From: Pristiophorus japonicus
Taxonomy: Eukaryota
Direction of reading: 5' to 3'
Length of the DNA: 64,000 nt
Assembly: GCF_044704955.1 (NCBI RefSeq)
Contig: NC_091995.1
Location: forward strand, 4,898,001 to 4,962,000
The notes under the pieces were generated by a model. The model had not been told where the DNA came from. It did no database searches and worked only from the letters and a program-made list of their open reading frames with translations. This document shows, piece after piece, positions 59,734 to 64,000 of the stretch (position 1 is its first letter; every line of letters starts with the position of its first letter). Both the position numbers and the translations under genes were made by a program.

Positions 59734-62700
59734 CCTCTCTCTCCCCCCAGTCTCTCTCTCTCTCCCCGAGTCCCTCTTGCTCTCTGTCCCCCAGTCCTCC
59801 TTTCTTTCTCTTTCTCCGTGTTTCTCTCACACACTCAGCCTCGCCCTCTATCTCCCCCGAGTCCCTCTCGCTATCTCTCTCCTCAGTCTCTCTCTATCCC
59901 CAGTTTCTCTCTCTCTCTTCCTCCCCAGTCTCTCCCCCTCGACCCAATCTTTCTCTCTCTCTCTCACTCTCTCTCTCGCTCTCTATCCATTCCCTTTTCT
60001 GCAGTTAATCCCTTTCCCTCTCTCCCCCAGTCTGAACCTTACCCTCTCTCCAGTCTCTCTCTCTCCCTCTCTCACCCCCTCTCCTCCCTCAGTCTATTTC
60101 TCCCCCTTCGATTCTTGATCTCCCACAGACTGTCTCTCTCCAGTCTTTCTCTCTGCACTGTCTCTTTCTACCCCAGTCTCTCTTTTTCACTCTTCCTCTC
60201 TTTCTCCCTCTCTTCAGACTCTCCCTATCCACCCCAATCTCTTTCTCGCTCCAGTCTCTCTTTCTCCAGTCTCTCTCTCTCCCTCCCCCACCCTCCCGCT
60301 CAGTCTATCTCTCCCCTTCCGATACTTTCTCTCCCACAGACTGTCTCTCTCCAGTCTGTCTCTCCACACTGTCTCTTTCTAACCCAATCTATCTCTTCCA
60401 AGTTTCTCTCTCCCTCTCCCCAGTCTCTCGCTCTCCCCAATCTCTCCCTCTCCACCCCAATCTCTTTCTCTCTCCAGTCTCTCTCTCTCTCCAGTCGCTC
60501 TGCCCCTCAGTCTATCGCGACCTCTCTGATTATTTATGTCCCTCAGTCCCTCTCTCTGTCTCTATGCATTCCCTCTTTCCTCCAGTCTCTCTCGCTCTCT
60601 CCTCCGGCTCTCACTCTCCCCAGTCTCTCTTCCTCCAGTCTATCTCTCTCTCCCAGTCTCTTTCTCACTTCCCAGTCTCCCTCTCTCCCCAATCGCCCTC
60701 TCACTCCCCAGTTTCTCTCCCCAGTCTCTCTCTCTCCCCCTCTCTCTCCCCAGTCACTCCCTCTCTCCTCCTCGCTCTCCAAACTCTTCTTCCACAGTCT
60801 CTCTCCCCCAGTCTCTCCCCCAGTCTCTTTATCTTCCTCCCCGGTCTCTCTCTCTCCCCCCTTTCAGTTTTCTTCCGTCTCTTCCCTCTCTCCCGCTCTC
60901 TCTCTTCCCCCAACCTACCTCTCTGATTCTTTCGCCCTCTCCTCAATCTCTCTCTCCCTTCTCTATTTCATCATTCTTCTCTCTCCCTCTTGCCTCCAGT
61001 CTCCCTCTCTCTCCCCAGTCTCCCTCTCTCCCCCCAGTCTCCCTCTCTCTCCCCAGTCTCCCTCTCTCTCCCCAGTCTCTCGCTCTCTCCCCAGTCTCCC
61101 TCTCTCTCTCCAGTCACTCCCTCTCGCCTCCTCTCTCTCCAAACTCTTCTTCCACAGTCTCTCTCCCCCAGTCTCTCTTTCTCCCTCTGCACAGTCTCTC
61201 CCTCTCCACAGTCCCTCCCTCTCCACAGTCTCTTACTCTCCAATCTCCAACTCCCCAGTCTCTCTCTCCCGTCTCTCTTCCCCCAGTCGCTCTCCCCCCA
61301 GTTTCTCTCCCCCAGTCTCTTGCCCCCCAATCTCTCGCCCCCAGACTCGCTTCCCTCCCAGTCTCTCTTGCCCCAGTCTCTCTTCCCCCCCAGTCTCTCT
61401 CCCCCCCCAGTGTCTCTCTTCCCTCCAGTGTCTCTCTCCCCAGTCTCCCTCTCTCCCCAGTCTCCCTCTCGCCCCAGTCTCCCTCTCTCTACCCAGTCTC
61501 CCTCTCTCTCCCCAGTCTCCCTCTCTCTCCCCAGTCTCCCTCACTCTCCCCAGTCTCCCTCTCTCGCCCCAGTCTCCCCCTCTCTCCCCAGTCTCCCCCT
61601 CTCTCCCTATCTCTCCCCAGTCTCTCTCTCTCGCCCCAGTTTCTCTCTCTCTCCCCAGTCTCTCTCTCTCTCCTCCTCTCTCTCCAAACTCTTCTTCCAC
61701 AGTCTCTCTCCGCCAGTCTCTTTATCTCCCTCCCCCGGTCTCTTTTTCTCCCCCCTTTCAGTTTTCTTCAGTCTCTTCCCTCTCTCCCGCTCTCTCTCTT
61801 CCCTCAATCTCCCTCTCTGATTCTCTCGCCCTCTCCTCAATCTCTCTCTCCCTCTCTCCCTTCTCTATTTCACCATTCCTCTCTCTCGCTCTTGCCCCCA
61901 GTCTCTCCCTCTCTCCCCCAGTCTCTCCCTCCCTATCCCCAGTCTCTCTCTCTCCCAGTCTCTCTCACTCTCCCAGTCTCTCTCACTCTCCCAGTCTCTC
62001 TCTCTCCCAGTCTCTCTCTCTCTCTCCCAGTTTCTCTCTCTCTCTCTCCCCAGTCTCTCGCTCTCCCCAGTCTCTCTCTCCCCAGTCTCTCTCTCCCCTG
62101 TCTCCCTCGCTCCAGTCTCTCTCTCCCAAAAGTGTCTCTCTCCCCAGTCTATCTCTCCACAATCTCTCTCTCTTCAGTCTCTCTCTTTCTCCCTCTCCAA
62201 AGTCTCTCCCTCTCCACAGTCTCTGACTCCCCAATCTCCAACTCCCCAGTCTCTCTCTCCCGTCTCTCTCTCTCCCCCAGTCTCTCTCCCATCAGTCTCT
62301 CTCCCCCCAGTCTCTCTCCCACCAGTCTCTCTCCCCCCAGACCCTCGCCCCGCAGTCTCTCGCCCCCAGTCTCTCTTCCCCCCAGTCTCTATCCCCCCCA
62401 GTCACTCTTCCCCCAGTCTCTCTTCCCCCAGTCTCTCTTCCCCCCGTCTCTCTCCCCCAGTCTCTCTCCCCACAGTCTCTCGCCTCCCAGTCTCTCTCTC
62501 CTCACTCTCTCTCTCCCCAGTCTCTCTCTCTCCCCAGTCTCTCTTTCTCCCCAGTGTCTCTCACTCCCCAGTCTCTCTTTCTCCCCAGTGTCTCTCGCTC
62601 CCAAGTCTCTCTCGCTCCCTAGTCTCTCTCGCTCCCCAGTCTCTCTTGCTCCTGTCTCACGTTCCCCAGTCTCTCACTTCGCAGTCTTTCTCTCTCCCTC

Positions 62701-63228
62701 TCCCGAGTCTCTCTCCCCCACTCCTGAATCTCTCTCATTTCTCTCTCTCACCCTCTCTCCAATCTCTATTGCTGCAACCTCCCTCTTTCCCCAATCTCTC
62801 CCTCTCTCCCACACTCTCTCTCCCCCTCTCCATTGTCTCTCTGTCTCCCTCTCCCCAGCCTCTCCCTCCCCTCCCCATTCTCTCCCTCTCCTAGTCAACT
62901 CTTACCCAGAATTTCTCTCACATAGTCTCTCTCTCCCAGTCTCACTCCCTCACCCCAGTCTCTACCTCTTAACCACCAGTCTCTCTCTCCCCTGTCTGTG
63001 TCTCCCTCTCCATAGTGTCTCTTTCTCCCCGGTCTCTCCCTCTCTCCCCCAGTCACTTTGTCTCCCTTTCTCCAGTCTGTCTTTCTCCAGTGTCTCTCTT
63101 TCCCTCTCTTCCTATCCCCCACTCTCTCTCTCTATCTCCCTCTTTCTCTCTCTCTCTCTCGCTCTCCACTCTCTCTTTCTCCAGTCTCTTTCGCTCCCGC
63201 TCTCCACCAGCCTCAAGCTCTCCGTCTC
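53150..63228 (+). repeat. ~10-kb polypyrimidine (TC-rich, ccagtctctctc) complex satellite with assembly gaps at 53284-53426 and 57771-57900
   Basis: Direct inspection; the motif ctcagcctcgccctc recurs at roughly 0.7-1.4-kb spacing. Confidence 0.95.
54264..54536 (-). mobile_element. Tx1 family B 3' fragment inserted in the TC satellite, TSD cccagtctcaa
   Basis: VIQPDCVPLFHGYIRASVSRVMKHVVSIGTLAAF; direct repeats at 54253-54263 and 54541-54551. Confidence 0.75.
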
Positions 63229-64000
63229 TCAGAATGGCAGGCAGTAACTAGTGGGGTATCACAAGGTTTAAGGCTGGGACCCCAGCTATTTACAATATAC
63301 ATTAATGATTTAGATGAAGGAATTGAATGTAATATCTCCGAGTTTGCAGATGACACTAAGCTGTGTGGCAGTGTGAGCTGTGAGGAGGATGCTCAGAGGC
63401 TGCAGGGTGACTTGGATAGGTTAGGTGAGTGGGCAAATGCATGGCAGATGCAGTATAATGTAGATAAATGTGAGGTTATCCACTTTGTTGGCAAAAAGAA
63501 GGCAGAATATTATCTGAATGCTGACAGATTAGGAAAAGGGAAGGTGCAATGAGACCTAGGTGGCATGGTTCATCAGTCATTAAAAGTTGGCATGCAGGTA
63601 CAGCAGGTGGTGAAGAAGGCAAATGACATGTTGGCCTTCATAGCGAGATGAATTGAGTATGGGAGCATGAAGGTCTTACTGCAGTTGTACAGGGCCTTGG
63701 TGAGGCCACACCTCGAATATGGTGTAGAGTTTTAGTCTCCTAATCTGAGGGAGTGCAGCGAAGTAGCGAACCAGACTGATTCCCGGGTTGGCAGGACTGA
63801 CATATGAAGACATTAGCTTAGATGGTGTGGAACCGGTATGGGTGGAGCTACGGAATACCAAAGGGCTGAAAAAGCTAGTGGGAGTTGTGTACAGACCACC
63901 AAACAGTAGTAGTGAGGTTGGGGACAGCATCAAACAAGAAATTATGGATGCGTGCAATAAAGGTACAGCAGTTATCATGGGCGACTTTAATCTACATATT
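63229..64000 (+). mobile_element. CR1 fragments: RT part (63229-63808) followed by endonuclease part (63809-64000)
   Basis: SEWQAVTSGVSQG...FADDTK, then DISLDGVEPVWVELRNTKG...YRPPNS...MGDFN. Confidence 0.88.

Noticed and set aside
53146-63247. Many long Ser/Leu/Pro or Arg/Glu ORFs (up to 903 aa)
   Set aside because: Artefacts of TC/GA low-complexity sequence.

Overview
Vertebrate genomic DNA, with a repeat content typical of a cartilaginous fish/shark (inference). The window is a rearranged TRIM (RING-B-box-coiled-coil-B30.2) immune-gene cluster buried in transposons. It contains one intact 6-exon TRIM gene (-, 189-4995, 471 aa), a divergently oriented paralog (+, 50100-52522) whose homology stops at the exon-5 acceptor, a relic TRIM fragment (-, ~9.2-11.5 kb) and an orphan open PRY/SPRY exon (+, 24650-25170). 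That exon is phase-compatible with a short coding exon in an unassigned CpG-island promoter (12127-12196). Mobile DNA includes a full-length CR1 with both ORFs open (43.5-47.9 kb), many CR1/L2/RTE fragments, hAT and Harbinger relics, SINEs, a 2.3-kb G-rich minisatellite and ~10 kb of TC-rich satellite. The most unusual signals involve Tx1-clade retrotransposons with small-RNA heads. A full-length Tx1 element (28854-34553) begins with U2 snRNA nt 3-44 yet sits, with a TSD, in a non-U2 site. A TSD-flanked unit made of a 5S-rRNA head and a Tx1 3' tail (16241-16521) looks like a new SINE or chimera type. There is also a ~480-bp near-perfect palindrome (7622-8102). All alignments and family assignments were made by eye.
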